DNA of 51,957 bases from an uncultured Sphingomonadales bacterium (GTDB taxonomy: Bacteria; Pseudomonadota; Alphaproteobacteria; Sphingomonadales; CAKZYD01), in contig CAKZYD010000408.1 of assembly GCA_937884085.1 (NCBI GenBank), forward strand, positions 1-51,957, in the 5' to 3' direction. Positions 1-12,090 of the stretch are shown in pieces. Under the pieces are notes generated by a model. The model made no database searches. It had not been told where the DNA came from and was given only the letters and a program-made list of their open reading frames with translations. The position numbers and the translations under genes are program-made. Every line of letters starts with the position of its first letter. Within the stretch, counting starts at the first letter, position 1.

Positions 1-288
1 GTCAAAGTTCAGGACCAAAGTGAAGGGATCGCACCGGAGCACATTCCCCGACTTTCAGAGAGATTTTATCGCGTGGATACGGCGCGGTCGAGGCAGATTG
101 GCGGTACGGGCTTAGGCCTTGCCATCGTTAAACATATCATGGAGCGCCACGGTGGAGAGCTCCTGATAGACAGCAAGCTTGGGATAGGGTCCACCATGGA
201 ACTGGTCTTTCCTTCGGTGCGCGAAGATACCAGCGCCGCTCTCGCCCAGCCAACCTTGGCCGCATCGAATGGGCGAATTGCCCAATGA
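1..288 (+). CDS. phoR: Phosphate-regulon sensor histidine kinase PhoR, C-terminal fragment (5' end outside window)
   Basis: Frame 1 is open from base 1 ([52 protein letters not shown]...), which shows the HATPase_c G1/G2 boxes. Its TGA overlaps the pstS ATG (ATGA). It heads the pst-phoU-phoB cluster. Confidence 0.85.
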   Translation, partial: VKVQDQSEGIAPEHIPRLSERFYRVDTARSRQIGGTGLGLAIVKHIMERHGGELLIDSKLGIGSTMELVFPSVREDTSAALAQPTLAASNGRIAQ

Positions 289-1337
289 CGCCGTGCGCCA
301 GCCTGCTAATTGTGGTTGTTGGTCTTTTCCTCTTCACCAGCACACAGGCCACGGCACGGGATTTCATTCGCATTGTCGGTTCGTCCACGGTGTTTCCTTT
401 CGCAGCGCTGGTGGCAGAAGAGTTTTCACTGAAGACGCCTTATGCAACGCCAATTATTGAGCAACTTGGGACTGGGGGCGGCTTTAAGCTCTTTTGCGGA
501 GGCCTCGGAACGTCTGGTCGATTTGATTACCCCGATATCGCCAATGCGTCTCGCACAATAAAGCCCGACGAACGCGCAGAATGTTTACGCAACGGCGTCC
601 AAGACATCATGGAGCTAAAGATTGGCTATGACGGCATTGTCCTTGCCAACGTGAGAGGCGGGTCACCGGTAAGCCTATCTCTCACGCAACTGTATTTAGG
701 CTTGGCTGCGCGGATTCCGCGAAAGACGCTGAACGGCTATGCGCTGATCGACAATCCCCACCAGTTGTGGAGTGATGTAGGGCCAGATTTGCCAGATATT
801 CCTATTTTAGTCTATGGGCCGCCGCCGAGTTCCGGCACCAGGGATGCTTTTGTTTCAGGTGCTCTGCTGCCTGGATGCTTAAAGTATATGGAGACACTCG
901 GCGCTGTTTCGCTGCGGCCAGACTGTGAGAGGCTGCGCGCGGATGGCCGTTTCATTGAGGCCGGAGAAAGCGATAATTTTATCGTCCAACGGCTGAGGCA
1001 AAACCCAAATGCTGTCGGCATTCTACCGTTTGCAAGCGTGGACCAAAATCCAGGCATTATGCAAAGCTTTGCGATTGAAGGCATTATGCCGGACCAGGAT
1101 TCAATTTCCTCAAGACGCTATCCAATCGCCCGGCCCATGTACATTTATGTGAAAGTTGCACACGCGTCTGCAATTCCCGGCCTGACGGGTTTTGTAGAAG
1201 AGTTTCTTAGTCGCAACGCAATGGGACCCTATGGATATCTAATTGATAAAGGTCTGGTTAGGTTGCCCCAAAACGAGTGGGTCGATAGCCAAGTTGTAGC
1301 GTCCCGGCTACAAAAGAATGTCTCTGCCAGCCCATGA
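285..1337 (+). CDS. pstS: Phosphate ABC transporter substrate-binding protein PstS
   Basis: 350-aa ORF with a signal peptide and a PstS-family PBP-like sequence (GSSTVFPF..., GTGGGFK..., SGTRD). It is followed by pstCAB with overlapping stop/start codons. Confidence 0.9.
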   Translation: MTPCASLLIVVVGLFLFTSTQATARDFIRIVGSSTVFPFAALVAEEFSLKTPYATPIIEQLGTGGGFKLFCGGLGTSGRFDYPDIANASRTIKPDERAECLRNGVQDIMELKIGYDGIVLANVRGGSPVSLSLTQLYLGLAARIPRKTLNGYALIDNPHQLWSDVGPDLPDIPILVYGPPPSSGTRDAFVSGALLPGCLKYMETLGAVSLRPDCERLRADGRFIEAGESDNFIVQRLRQNPNAVGILPFASVDQNPGIMQSFAIEGIMPDQDSISSRRYPIARPMYIYVKVAHASAIPGLTGFVEEFLSRNAMGPYGYLIDKGLVRLPQNEWVDSQVVASRLQKNVSASP

Positions 1338-2713
1338 CACCTTCCCATCTGTTGTCACTGGGCGTGATCATAAGCGCCTGTTTTTTTCTCTTCGCGCGCT
1401 TCCGCATTCGCGCTGCCACGTTGCAAGAGCAGGCGCCATCCACATCACTGCCGCGATTTTACGGCTGGTATGCCGCCGTTTTGGCGTTTGTGCCGATTTT
1501 TCTTGGCGTGTGCATTTGGGTTTTTGCAAGCACCACCATAGTAGAAATCCTGCTAGTAAACCGACTTGACAGCTTGTTTGCATCCCTTCCTGAGGGTGGG
1601 CGAGACCGGTTTTTGGCTGAAATGTACAGCTTTTTGGATGGTCAACCGCTCAGAACACCATCGCCGGATATTGCGGCAGCAGCAAATATGCTGATCGGTT
1701 TGCGCACGCCTGTTGTTACCACGATTATCGCCCTTTCTACCGTCGGGGCTTTGAGCCTAGGGTTCTTAGCGCTGCGCTTCATAGAGCCTCGTTTCAACGC
1801 CCATGCGCATATCGACAGGACAGTAGTATTTTTGCTCTTGCTGTGCAGCATTCTGGCTATAATCGCCACTCTTGGCATCATTCTGTCCTTGCTATTCGAA
1901 ACTGTTCGATGTTTTGAATTCGTTTCTATCTGTCAGCTCTTCTCAACCGACTGGTTGCCGAGGGCTGGCAATCAAACGGCGTTAGATGGAGATGCGGGTA
2001 AATACGGCGTCTTAGCCTTGTTTTCGGGAACCTTTTTGATCAGTTTTGTTGCGATTTCCATTGCTCTACCAATTGGGCTGTTGGTGGCTGTTTATCTATC
2101 TCAATATGCCAGTCACAGCACGCGTCGGATCAGTAAGCCAATGCTGGAACTGCTCGCCGGAATTCCAACTGTGGTCTATGGCTTTTTCGCAATTGTCTTA
2201 GTTGGGCCTTTCCTCCAACGCATCGGCGGTTTCTTGGGGCTAGACGTTGCACCCCAAAGCGCGATGGCAGCCGGCGCTGTTATGGCAATTATGATAATAC
2301 CTTATGTTTCCTCCTTGTGCGATGACGCTTTAAGCGCTGTCCCAAGCGCCCTTCGCAATGGCTCTCTGGCACTGGGTTCGACCACGGCAGAAACAGTCCT
2401 AAACGTCTTGCTTCCTGCGGCTTTACCAGGAATTTCGAGCGCAGTGTTGCTTGCAGTCTCTCGGACGATCGGGGAAACCATGATTGTCTTAATGGCCGCT
2501 GGACTTGCGGCCAACCTCACGCTCAATCCCCTGGCTTCGGTGACCACCGTGACCGTCCAAATTGTTCAATCTGTAACAGGCGATGTTGAATTCGACAGTG
2601 TCAAAACGCTCTCAGCATTCATGCTTGGAATGCTCCTGTTTGTAACGACCTTGATGATGAATGTGTTCGCGTTCTCGTTGCGCCGCCGTGGCATATCACA
2701 TGGCGAGGTTTGA
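1334..2713 (+). CDS. pstC: Phosphate ABC transporter permease PstC (long alphaproteobacterial form)
   Basis: 459-aa polytopic membrane ORF with an ATGA overlap onto pstS. It has a BPD-transporter EAA-like loop (LGSTTAETVLNVLLPAALPGI). Confidence 0.9.
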   Translation: MTPSHLLSLGVIISACFFLFARFRIRAATLQEQAPSTSLPRFYGWYAAVLAFVPIFLGVCIWVFASTTIVEILLVNRLDSLFASLPEGGRDRFLAEMYSFLDGQPLRTPSPDIAAAANMLIGLRTPVVTTIIALSTVGALSLGFLALRFIEPRFNAHAHIDRTVVFLLLLCSILAIIATLGIILSLLFETVRCFEFVSICQLFSTDWLPRAGNQTALDGDAGKYGVLALFSGTFLISFVAISIALPIGLLVAVYLSQYASHSTRRISKPMLELLAGIPTVVYGFFAIVLVGPFLQRIGGFLGLDVAPQSAMAAGAVMAIMIIPYVSSLCDDALSAVPSALRNGSLALGSTTAETVLNVLLPAALPGISSAVLLAVSRTIGETMIVLMAAGLAANLTLNPLASVTTVTVQIVQSVTGDVEFDSVKTLSAFMLGMLLFVTTLMMNVFAFSLRRRGISHGEV

Positions 2714-2716
2714 GAC

Positions 2717-3988
2717 ATGACGTTCGCACAGACCGTTAGCACAAAGCGAAAGCTATCAAGCCGCAATCGGGCGGATACAGCTTTCAAAATGCTTGGTCGC
2801 GGCGCGTTATTGCTCGCTTTCTGCAGCCTCCTAGCGCTGGCAATCGCAATTTTTTCAAGGACACTGCCAGCCTTGACACATCATCAAATCACGCTTGATG
2901 TGGCATTCGAGCCCGATGCATTTGACTATCAAACATCGGCGCCAAGCGGGACTGACGCATCCTATCGTCTGATTTATGCCAACTATGGCCAAATTGTTGG
3001 GAGGAGTTTGGAAAAAGCCTTTCCAGAGATTGTAGACCCCGCTGAAAAACGGGCGTTACGCAGGCTCGTGTCTCCAACGGCGCGCATGCAATTGCGTGAT
3101 CGCGTTCTGGCGAACCCGAGCTGGATCGGAACGAAACAGCGGGTGGCACTCTATGTTTCGAAAGGCGCGGAGAATATTTTAGACGCCAACGAAGAAACCG
3201 TTGATCCACAGCTTACACTTTGGCTTACCCAACTACAGGATCGCAGAGCGTTATCCACAACGTTCAAATCCACCCTGTTTACGCGCGGAGATTCGCGTGA
3301 ACCGGAGTCTGCCGGCCTTTTGGCTGCCTTGGTCGGCTCCTTATTAACGATCGCCGTATCTGTTGCGATATCCTTCCCAGTTGGCTTGTTAAGTGCCGTC
3401 TATCTGGAGCAATTTGCCACGCGCAGCAGACTCACCGACATCATTGAGGTCAATATCAACAACCTGGCTGCGGTGCCTTCCATCCTGTTTGGGTTATTGG
3501 GACTTGCGGTCTTTATCAACGTATTTCATATGCCCCGGTCTTCTCCGCTTGTCGGCGGACTAACGCTTTCATTGATGATGCTGCCAACGATCATCATAGC
3601 ATCCAGAGCAGCTTTGTCGGCCGTGCCGAACGCACTGAAAGCAGGGGCTTTAGCCGTGGGTGCAAGCCCTGTTCAGGCAATATTTCATCATGTCGTCCCG
3701 CAAGCCATGCCAGGCATTATAACTGGCACTTTGTTAGCGATCGCCCAAGCGCTTGGTGAGACAGCGCCGCTCCTGCTGCTAGGCATGGTCGCCTTCATTG
3801 TGGATCTCCCTTCTGAGTTCACAGATGCAGCGACAGCATTGCCGGTGCAAATCTATATGTGGGCAGAAAGTCCAGAAACCGCGTTCTCAAACAATGCGGC
3901 AGCGGCTGTTGTTGTCTTGTTGTGTCTGCTACTAGCCCTTAATTCACTAGCTATGATCCTACGATCCCGGTTTCAAAAGCGCATATGA
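2717..3988 (+). CDS. pstA: Phosphate ABC transporter permease PstA
   Basis: 423-aa membrane ORF ([27 protein letters not shown]). It lies between pstC and pstB and has an ATGA overlap with pstB. Confidence 0.9.
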   Translation: MTFAQTVSTKRKLSSRNRADTAFKMLGRGALLLAFCSLLALAIAIFSRTLPALTHHQITLDVAFEPDAFDYQTSAPSGTDASYRLIYANYGQIVGRSLEKAFPEIVDPAEKRALRRLVSPTARMQLRDRVLANPSWIGTKQRVALYVSKGAENILDANEETVDPQLTLWLTQLQDRRALSTTFKSTLFTRGDSREPESAGLLAALVGSLLTIAVSVAISFPVGLLSAVYLEQFATRSRLTDIIEVNINNLAAVPSILFGLLGLAVFINVFHMPRSSPLVGGLTLSLMMLPTIIIASRAALSAVPNALKAGALAVGASPVQAIFHHVVPQAMPGIITGTLLAIAQALGETAPLLLLGMVAFIVDLPSEFTDAATALPVQIYMWAESPETAFSNNAAAAVVVLLCLLLALNSLAMILRSRFQKRI

Positions 3989-4803
3989 ACGTCGACCCAT
4001 CCAACGCGTTAATGAGAGACGCTGAAGCGGCTTCCGCAGAGGGCATCCCGCCAAAGATGGTCGCACGCAGCGTGAATGTGCATTACGGCGCAACCCATGC
4101 GCTAAAGGACGTCAGCTTAGATATCCAAGGGTATGAAGTGACGGCGCTCATTGGGCCCTCAGGATGCGGCAAATCCACAGTTTTGCGATGTTTCAATCGC
4201 ATGAACGAGATGTTTGAAAATACGCAGACATCTGGGCAAGTGACCATCGATGGTATGGACATCTACGCACGCGACATAGACGTCGTCGCCTTGCGCGCCC
4301 GCGTTGGTATGGTGTTCCAGCGCCCTAACCCGTTTCCAAAGTCAATTTTCGACAATATTGCTTACGGACCACGCATTCACGGACTTGCAGAGACGAAAGA
4401 GGATTTAGAACAAATTGTTGAAGCGTCTCTGCAACGCGCTGGCCTCTGGGATGAAGTTAAAGATCGCCTGAAGCAATCGGGCACAGCATTATCAGATGGT
4501 CAGCAGCAACGCCTCTGCATAGCCCGCGCAATTGCTGTGCAGCCGGAAGTCATCTTGATGGACGAACCCTGTTCTGCCCTAGACCCTATCGCGACCGGGA
4601 AGATTGAAGAGCTCATTGAAGAGTTGCGTACCGGGTTCACCATCGTGATTGTAACCCACTCCATGCAGCAAGCCGCACGCGTCTCGCAACGCACCGCCTT
4701 TATCAGTCGTGGTGAACTTGGTGAATACGGCCCGACCGTAGAAATGTTCACAAAACCGAGACATGAACGCACTAAAGACTACATAATGGGCAGGTATGGA
4801 TAG
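3985..4803 (+). CDS. pstB: Phosphate ABC transporter ATP-binding protein PstB
   Basis: Walker [13 protein letters not shown] signature LSDGQQQRL, Walker B ILMDEP, and a typical PstB C-terminus ([10 protein letters not shown]). Confidence 0.95.
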   Translation: MNVDPSNALMRDAEAASAEGIPPKMVARSVNVHYGATHALKDVSLDIQGYEVTALIGPSGCGKSTVLRCFNRMNEMFENTQTSGQVTIDGMDIYARDIDVVALRARVGMVFQRPNPFPKSIFDNIAYGPRIHGLAETKEDLEQIVEASLQRAGLWDEVKDRLKQSGTALSDGQQQRLCIARAIAVQPEVILMDEPCSALDPIATGKIEELIEELRTGFTIVIVTHSMQQAARVSQRTAFISRGELGEYGPTVEMFTKPRHERTKDYIMGRYG

Positions 4804-4840
4804 CCTGTACATCTGCCAGTAGCTCTGGAATAAGCGCGCC

Positions 4841-5560
4841 ATGTTACCGAAACACAATCTCAAGGCGTATGATGCCGAGCTGACAGAGCTGCGCGCGCTT
4901 ATCAGCCAAATGGGCGGTATGGCGCAGTCGCTGCTCGAAGATGCCGTGGCAGCACTGCTATCCAGAGACAGCGCGCGGGCGCAATCGCTAATTAGCGATG
5001 ACGAAGCCATTGACGCTTTGGAAATTGAAGTTGAACGCCTGGCTGTTCAAACAATCGCTTTACGCGCGCCGATGGCCGATGATTTGCGAGAAATTATTTG
5101 TGCGCTCAAAATTTCATCGATCCTAGAGCGCATTGGCGACTATGCGAAAAATATCGCCAAACGCACTACAGCGCTGAGCGATGATGACATATCAGATCAC
5201 ATCTCGATTTTGCCGGAGATGGCAAGGTTGGCCAGCGGTATGATCCAAGCGACATTAGATGCGTTTGTGGAGCGAGACGCAGAAAAGGCCGCAGATGTCC
5301 GCGACAGAGATATCCGAATCGATACGATCTACAATACCCTTTTCCGGGATATGCTCAGCCATATGACTGAAAATCCGGACGCAATCACACCATCAACACA
5401 TGTACTTTTTATTGCGAAAAACATTGAACGCATAGGGGATCACGCCACAAACGCTGCAGAAATGGTCTATTACAGCGCCACCGGTAACATTCTTGAAACA
5501 GATAGACGAAAGAACGATAGCACGTCCTATACGACGCGTGATGAAATAGACCAAAATTAA
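4841..5560 (+). CDS. phoU: Phosphate signalling complex protein PhoU
   Basis: 239 aa with two PhoU repeats carrying E(R)IGDxA motifs (LERIGDYAKNIA, IERIGDHATNAA). It lies between pstB and phoB. Confidence 0.95.
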   Translation: MLPKHNLKAYDAELTELRALISQMGGMAQSLLEDAVAALLSRDSARAQSLISDDEAIDALEIEVERLAVQTIALRAPMADDLREIICALKISSILERIGDYAKNIAKRTTALSDDDISDHISILPEMARLASGMIQATLDAFVERDAEKAADVRDRDIRIDTIYNTLFRDMLSHMTENPDAITPSTHVLFIAKNIERIGDHATNAAEMVYYSATGNILETDRRKNDSTSYTTRDEIDQN

Positions 5561-5588
5561 CAAAGCCTGGGAAGCAGGGTAGGAAGCG

Positions 5589-6323
5589 ATGGAAACAGCA
5601 ACACTTGCACCAAATCCAAGTACGAGCGGGATCAAACCGCGCATCTTAATTGTGGAAGACGATCTGCACATAGCCGAACTCGTCAGATATAATTTGGATC
5701 GCGAAGGCTTTGACGTTTCGCATTGCGATGACGGAGAGGAAGCGCTCCTCAAAGCGGAGGAAGATAGTCCCGATTTAATCGTTCTGGATTGGATGCTACC
5801 GCATGTCTCGGGGATCGAGGTTTGTAGGCAGTTGCGCCGCCGCGCTGGCACACTCAGCATCCCAATCATCGTGCTGACCGCGCGGACTGAGGAATCCGAC
5901 AAAATTCGCGGCCTAGAAACGGGCGCGGATGATTACATGACCAAGCCGTTTTCGCCGCGCGAACTTATCGCTCGCATCAATGCTGTACTCCGGCGAACAC
6001 GCCCTGCGCTAACCGGCGCTACATTGAACTACGCTGATATCGCGATGGACACGACAACCCACAAAGTAACCCGCGGCGATAGGCAGGTGCGGCTTGGACC
6101 GACAGAATTACGCTTGCTGCGGCATTTTTTAGAGCATCCAGGGCGCGTGTTTTCACGCGAGCAGTTGCTCGATTCTGTCTGGGGTCACGATGTTTATGTA
6201 GAGCAGCGGACTGTTGACGTCCATATCCGGCGCCTGCGCAAGGCGTTGAATCAGAAAGGCGAGTCTGACATTATTCGCACGGTCCGAAGCGCTGGATACG
6301 CACTGGACGCCAGTATCCATTAG
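5589..6323 (+). CDS. phoB: Phosphate regulon response regulator PhoB (OmpR family)
   Basis: Receiver domain (ILIVEDD..., DLIVLDWMLP, phosphoacceptor Asp context) plus a winged-helix domain (RTVDVHIRRLRKAL...IRTVRSAGY). Confidence 0.95.
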   Translation: METATLAPNPSTSGIKPRILIVEDDLHIAELVRYNLDREGFDVSHCDDGEEALLKAEEDSPDLIVLDWMLPHVSGIEVCRQLRRRAGTLSIPIIVLTARTEESDKIRGLETGADDYMTKPFSPRELIARINAVLRRTRPALTGATLNYADIAMDTTTHKVTRGDRQVRLGPTELRLLRHFLEHPGRVFSREQLLDSVWGHDVYVEQRTVDVHIRRLRKALNQKGESDIIRTVRSAGYALDASIH

Positions 6324-6329
6324 ACTTGT

Positions 6330-6995
6330 TCAGTCAGGATCTAATAACGCTGGCCCATCGTTGCGCACATTGCCAACCGCCTGATTGGCTGGACGAATGC
6401 TAAAGCGCTCCAAGTCTGGAAGCAGATCCATCGACAATGGGTTTGGCGGACGATGCGTCTCATGGTCCATCCACACACGCGTTCCCTCAGCGCTCAGCAC
6501 CAAAGGCATTCGTCCATGGACATTTTCCAAATCACCTATGGCTGGGCGTGTCACTATTGTCGCCGACAGAAGGTGTGAAGCGCCATCTGGCCCAGTCCAC
6601 AGATCACAAAGACCGGCGAAGACAATCGGCGCATAGTTATCGCTCGCCATGACATACGGCCTTTTTCCATCTCCTAAATCCGCCCACTCATACCAGCCGT
6701 TGGCAGGGATTAGGCAGCGGTGATGCCGATAGGCCCCGCGGAAATAGGGCTTTTCATGAACCGTTTCCGCCCGTGCATTGAATACAGCCGTTTTGGGTAG
6801 CGTCTTCATCCAAAAGGGAACAAGGCCCCAACGCATTGGCACCAGGCAGGGGCCTATTTCCGGCTGTATAGAGTAGACCAAGATGCTTTGGGTTGGCGCG
6901 AGGTTGTAATGCGGGCTCCAATCAAGACCCGATTTAATCCTGAATAGGTTCAAAAGGTCGCTGACGCTTGAGATGCAAAGGAAACGGCCACACAT
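6330..6995 (-). CDS. SOS response-associated peptidase (SRAP/YedK family, abasic-site sensor)
   Basis: The family signature requires N-terminal Met-Cys. MCGRF is found at the internal ATG at 6995. The track ORF extends to 7067, which would bury the catalytic Cys2 and overlap the NUDIX gene. Confidence 0.85.
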   Translation of the reverse strand: MCGRFLCISSVSDLLNLFRIKSGLDWSPHYNLAPTQSILVYSIQPEIGPCLVPMRWGLVPFWMKTLPKTAVFNARAETVHEKPYFRGAYRHHRCLIPANGWYEWADLGDGKRPYVMASDNYAPIVFAGLCDLWTGPDGASHLLSATIVTRPAIGDLENVHGRMPLVLSAEGTRVWMDHETHRPPNPLSMDLLPDLERFSIRPANQAVGNVRNDGPALLDPD

Positions 6996-7039
6996 AGCAG
7001 AAGTATCAAGCACAGCTTGCCTGTTTAAGGGACCCTTTT

Positions 7040-7480
7040 TTGAAACGCAATTACCCTGAAAGACCAATTGCAGCGGTCGGTGTCGTGCTTTTAAGGCAGG
7101 ACATGGTGGCGCTTATACAGCGTGGCAACCCGCCCAAAAAAGCCCAATGGAGTTTGCCTGGCGGTGCGCAGTGCGTTGGCGAAACCATTCAAGCAGCTGT
7201 TCAACGAGAAGTCTTTGAGGAAACAGGTCTGCGCATTACGGCGAATGGCTTGGTCGATGTTGTCGACTTTGTTGAGCGGGATGAGGCTGGACTGGTTCAG
7301 TATCATTATACGCTTATTGACTATTGGGCAGAGACCGAGGACACCGACCTCACAGCAGGTGATGATGCAAGCGACGCCCGGTGGGTCCCCCTTGCCGAGC
7401 TGGATGCGCTGCCTATTTGGTCTGAGACTAAGCGAGTCATACTGAAGGCCGCAGAGTTGCGAGAGAGAGCCCATGGTTGA
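7040..7480 (+). CDS. NUDIX hydrolase
   Basis: Nudix box GGAQCVGETIQAAVQREVFEETG. TTG start at 7040. Divergent from the SRAP gene. Confidence 0.85.
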   Translation: MKRNYPERPIAAVGVVLLRQDMVALIQRGNPPKKAQWSLPGGAQCVGETIQAAVQREVFEETGLRITANGLVDVVDFVERDEAGLVQYHYTLIDYWAETEDTDLTAGDDASDARWVPLAELDALPIWSETKRVILKAAELRERAHG

Positions 7481-7700
7481 CCGTCCCAATAGCCGCAACT
7501 TGATTGGAACGCTCGCTTTACTGGCCGGGCTAGGACTTTATGGCCTGATTATCGCGGAGCTATCTGTTCGGATGGGAGATCTGCCTTTCCTCGTTGAAAT
7601 GGTCTTCTACATCATCGCGGGCTTGGTTTGGTTATGGCCCGCACGCGCGCTGGTGCGATGGATGCTTGCTCCCGGTGTTGAGGGCGATGGAACCGACTAG
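7473..7700 (+). CDS. DUF2842 small membrane protein
   Basis: 75 aa with two TM helices. The sequence pattern (LIGTLALLAGLGLYGLII...IIAGLVWLWPARALVRWM) is typical of alphaproteobacterial DUF2842. Its start overlaps the NUDIX stop. Confidence 0.7.
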   Translation: MVDRPNSRNLIGTLALLAGLGLYGLIIAELSVRMGDLPFLVEMVFYIIAGLVWLWPARALVRWMLAPGVEGDGTD

Positions 7701-9349
7701 CTGGCCACTTCTGCCACAGCGGTGGGCAAGACATAATCCTTAAATTGCTCTCGCAGCCTCAACTTTTGGATCTTTCCAGTGGCCGTATGCGGAATGTCAT
7801 CAACAAAGGCTACGTCATCAGGCAGCCACCATTTCGCAACTTTTGGGGTGAGGAACTCAAGAATATCCGCCTTAGAAACCGTCATCCCGTCTTTTTTTAC
7901 GATTACTAGAAGGGGCCGCTCGTCCCACTTTGGGTGCGCGACACCAATCACGGCTGCCTCCGCAACCGCAGGATGGCCAACGGCTGCATTCTCCAAATCA
8001 ATCGATGAACTCCATTCGCCGCCGGATTTGATCACATCTTTCGCACGATCAGTGATTTGCAAGAAGCCAAGCGGATCAATGATGGCAACGTCTCCGGTGT
8101 CAAACCAACCATCCTTGTCTAAAATCGAACCACCTTCAGATTTAAAGTACTCGCCGGCAATCCAGGGGCCACGCACCAGAAGATTGCCATATGACTTGCC
8201 ATCACGCGGTAGTTCATTGCCCGCTTCGTCGACAATTTTCATCTCGACACCATAGATCGACCGGCCTTGCTTGGCTTTGACATCCAATACGGTGTCGTGC
8301 GGCGCATCTTTCAGCGCGTGGTTTACGCTGCCGACAGACCCAAGCGGACTTAACTCGGTCATGCCCCAAGCATGATTGACTTGGACATCATATTTGGTTT
8401 CAAACGCTTCAATCATCGACCGCGGTGCCGCTGAACCGCCTATCGTTACGCGCTTGAGGTGCGGCAGCTTAGCGCCTGTTTTTTCCAAATGTTGCAGCAA
8501 GCCCAGCCAAACGGTTGGAACCGCCGCTGTAATTGTGATGCGTTCATCATTTAAGAGCTTTAGCAGTGTGTCTCCATCAAAGTGCGGCCCATTTAAAACC
8601 AACTTGGCCCCTGTAACGCTGGTTGCATATGGCACGCCCCATGCGTTTGCATGGAACATTGGAACAACTGGGAGCATCGTGTCCGTAGCGCTGACGGCAA
8701 GCGTATCGGCCATGCATGCCGCATACGTATGAAGAACCGTTGAGCGGTGGGAGTATAAAACACCCTTGGGGTTTCCAGTGGTCCCAGAGGTATAGCACAG
8801 ACCTACCGCTGCATTTTCATCCTCAACGTCCGGCCAGCTATAGTCACCCGACTGTTCTGCGATAAGGCTTTCATAAGCAAGGACTTCGAGCCCACCGATG
8901 TTTGGACAATGAGCCTCGTCCGTCATTGCCACAAAAACTTTGGTTGACGTGAGTGCTGACGCGATATTTTCGATGATAGGCGCGAAGGTGATATCAAACA
9001 GCAGGACTTTATCTTCTGCATGATTGATGATGTAGGTAATTTGATCAGCAAACAGGCGCGGGTTCACTGTGTGAATGATGGCCCCCATACCTGTGGCGGC
9101 GTACCAACACTCCAGATGCCGGTGCGTATTCCAGCCGAGAGTCGCAACTCGGTCTCCAGGCTCGACCCCAAGAGCAGTTAAGGCTTGGGCCAATTGTTTT
9201 GCCCGTTTAAGGCAAAGCCCGTAGTTACCGCGAAACGTCTTTCCTTCTGGAGTCAGACTCACAACGGGCACGTTCGCGTGGTTCAGCTCACAGTGATTTA
9301 AAATACTGGCAACGGAAAGCTTGAAGTCTTGCATAAGCCCACGCATCAC
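7697..9349 (-). CDS. Long-chain/medium-chain fatty acid--CoA ligase (AMP-dependent synthetase family)
   Basis: AMP-binding motif [12 protein letters not shown], plus GWFDTGD and a C-terminal [10 protein letters not shown]. 550 aa. Confidence 0.9.
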   Translation of the reverse strand: MMRGLMQDFKLSVASILNHCELNHANVPVVSLTPEGKTFRGNYGLCLKRAKQLAQALTALGVEPGDRVATLGWNTHRHLECWYAATGMGAIIHTVNPRLFADQITYIINHAEDKVLLFDITFAPIIENIASALTSTKVFVAMTDEAHCPNIGGLEVLAYESLIAEQSGDYSWPDVEDENAAVGLCYTSGTTGNPKGVLYSHRSTVLHTYAACMADTLAVSATDTMLPVVPMFHANAWGVPYATSVTGAKLVLNGPHFDGDTLLKLLNDERITITAAVPTVWLGLLQHLEKTGAKLPHLKRVTIGGSAAPRSMIEAFETKYDVQVNHAWGMTELSPLGSVGSVNHALKDAPHDTVLDVKAKQGRSIYGVEMKIVDEAGNELPRDGKSYGNLLVRGPWIAGEYFKSEGGSILDKDGWFDTGDVAIIDPLGFLQITDRAKDVIKSGGEWSSSIDLENAAVGHPAVAEAAVIGVAHPKWDERPLLVIVKKDGMTVSKADILEFLTPKVAKWWLPDDVAFVDDIPHTATGKIQKLRLREQFKDYVLPTAVAEVAS

Positions 9350-9549
9350 AATCTCCCCAATGAGGTGTTTTTTCTTATTTTGGCGAAATGCCAGCGGGGA
9401 TCAAGAGCAGGCCGAAACCGTCCTGTGCTTCCTCTCTAAATTTTTTAAAATACACGGTCACAGTCTTGCCCTTGTCGCCCCCTAGCCTTTTCAGCGAAAA
9501 CACAATATGTTGAATTTCTGAGAAAGCCTGACACAAGGACTAGAGAACT

Positions 9550-10239
9550 ATGCACGAACGACATGATCGTCGATGGGTCGTTAAGACAGCAAGCGCAGCT
9601 GGGCTTTTTGCCGCTGCAAGCTGCTCAACGGGACGATCACAAGCACCGTCGCAGCCACCGCAGGGCAACGCAGCACCGCCTGGAACGGTCACGGCACAAA
9701 CCATCGACCCAAATACCGGCCAGCCCATAGACCCCAATACGGGTGCACCAGTTGATTCAACCTATGATGAAGAAACCATTCTGGATGCAGCCCGCGATGT
9801 CTTTGGGGACGGGGCTGAAGGCCTTGCCGGGCTTATAGAGCGGTTATTCTCAGAGAACGGACGGCCAAATGCGTATATTACGGGCGAAGAAGCAGGCGGA
9901 GGCTTCATTGGCGCCCTGCGCTATGGCGGCGGTGCACTTTATCACAAAGTAGAAGGCGAACGGCCAATCCACTGGACGGGTCCATCCATAGGGCTCGAGC
10001 TGGGAGGCAATGCGGCCAAGAGCTTCATGCTGGTTTACAGCCTATATGATACGGAGGAAGTCTACATGCGCTTCCCAGCGGTCGAAGGCCAGGGCTATTT
10101 TGTCGGCGGGATAGGCGTGAACTACCTGCAGCGCAAGAAGATCAAAGTCGCCAATGTGCGCTTAGGCATAGGCCTGCGCTATACAGCAAACCTCGGCTAT
10201 GTGAAGTTCACTAAGTCCTCGACGATAAACCCGTTTTAG
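9550..10239 (+). CDS. DUF1134 (EipA-like) periplasmic protein
   Basis: An N-terminal RRW...AAASC signal/lipobox-like segment, then a conserved DUF1134 core (GGFIGALRYGGGALY...GPSIGLELGGNAAKSFMLVY...GGIGVNY). Confidence 0.75.
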   Translation: MHERHDRRWVVKTASAAGLFAAASCSTGRSQAPSQPPQGNAAPPGTVTAQTIDPNTGQPIDPNTGAPVDSTYDEETILDAARDVFGDGAEGLAGLIERLFSENGRPNAYITGEEAGGGFIGALRYGGGALYHKVEGERPIHWTGPSIGLELGGNAAKSFMLVYSLYDTEEVYMRFPAVEGQGYFVGGIGVNYLQRKKIKVANVRLGIGLRYTANLGYVKFTKSSTINPF

Positions 10240-10456
10240 CAAACGGGCCGACTTCAAAAGTCACAAAGGTCACACCTGGATTATTAAAGAGCGGTCGTAC
10301 CTATCAAAGAGCGGCTGGCGCGAAAGCACCTGTATCCGCCATTATATGAAGGTTGAAGGCTGTAGGAAAGTTTGACCCAGCCCATCGGTTCCAACCATCG
10401 CCTCTCATGCTCATCCCATAGACATGTTTTGTCGCTTCTGATCTAGGCTAAGCGGC

Positions 10457-11500
<1,044 letters not shown>

Positions 11501-11520
11501 CTAAAAAATTTGGATGTCGT

Positions 11521-12036
11521 CTAAAGTGCTTCCGCGCCGCGCGCAATGGCCGCGACGCCTGTTCGGGATATTTCCACCAGGCCAAGCGGCTGCATGAGCG
11601 AAATGAAGGCCTCAATCTTTTCGGTCGGGCCGGTGATTTCGAAGATGAAACTCTCAGTCGACGTATCGACCACCCGGGCGCGAAAAATATCGGCAATGCG
11701 GAGCGCTTCAACCCGGATATCGCCGGTGCCGCGCACTTTCACGAGGGCCATTTCCCGTTCAACGGATGGGCCTTCAACCGTCAAGTCGCGCACAGCGCGC
11801 ACCGGGACGAGCCGCTCAAGCTGCGCCGTGATTTGGTCAATGACCATGGGCGTGCCGGACGTGACGACCGTTATACGGCTGACCGTGTTGTCGTCACTGA
11901 TCTCAGCAACAGTCAGGCTTTCGATATTATAGCCGCGCCCTGAAAACAGGCCGATGACGCGGGCCAAGACACCCGCCTCATTGTCTACGATGACAGACAT
12001 TGTATGGCGCGCGATATCCTCGCTGGCAGCGCTCAT
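11521..12036 (-). CDS. ilvN: Acetolactate synthase small (regulatory) subunit
   Basis: ACT domain (HTMSVIVDNEAGVLARVIGLFSGRGYNIESLTV) plus an ALS_ss_C domain. 171 aa. Confidence 0.95.
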   Translation of the reverse strand: MSAASEDIARHTMSVIVDNEAGVLARVIGLFSGRGYNIESLTVAEISDDNTVSRITVVTSGTPMVIDQITAQLERLVPVRAVRDLTVEGPSVEREMALVKVRGTGDIRVEALRIADIFRARVVDTSTESFIFEITGPTEKIEAFISLMQPLGLVEISRTGVAAIARGAEAL

Positions 12037-12090
12037 GTCTTCTCTTTCCTTCTGTATTTGATGGCCTGTTGGCCAGGCCAGACTGCCGCC

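Noticed and set aside
6996-7067. 24-codon N-terminal extension of the SRAP ORF
   Set aside because: SRAP/YedK proteins need Cys at position 2 after Met removal. The internal ATG at 6995 gives MCGRF and also removes the overlap with the NUDIX gene.
9700-9750. Short tandem duplication IDPNTGQP / IDPNTGAP in the DUF1134 gene
   Set aside because: It is only two diverged copies in a low-complexity linker after the signal sequence, which is probably trivial.
10240-10456. Possible small gene or sRNA in the 217-bp gap between DUF1134 and ilvC (AAAGAGCGG occurs twice)
   Set aside because: Only very short ORFs of 35 aa or less, without start context, are present. The 9-mer repeat is too short to be meaningful, and no strong secondary structure or terminator was seen.
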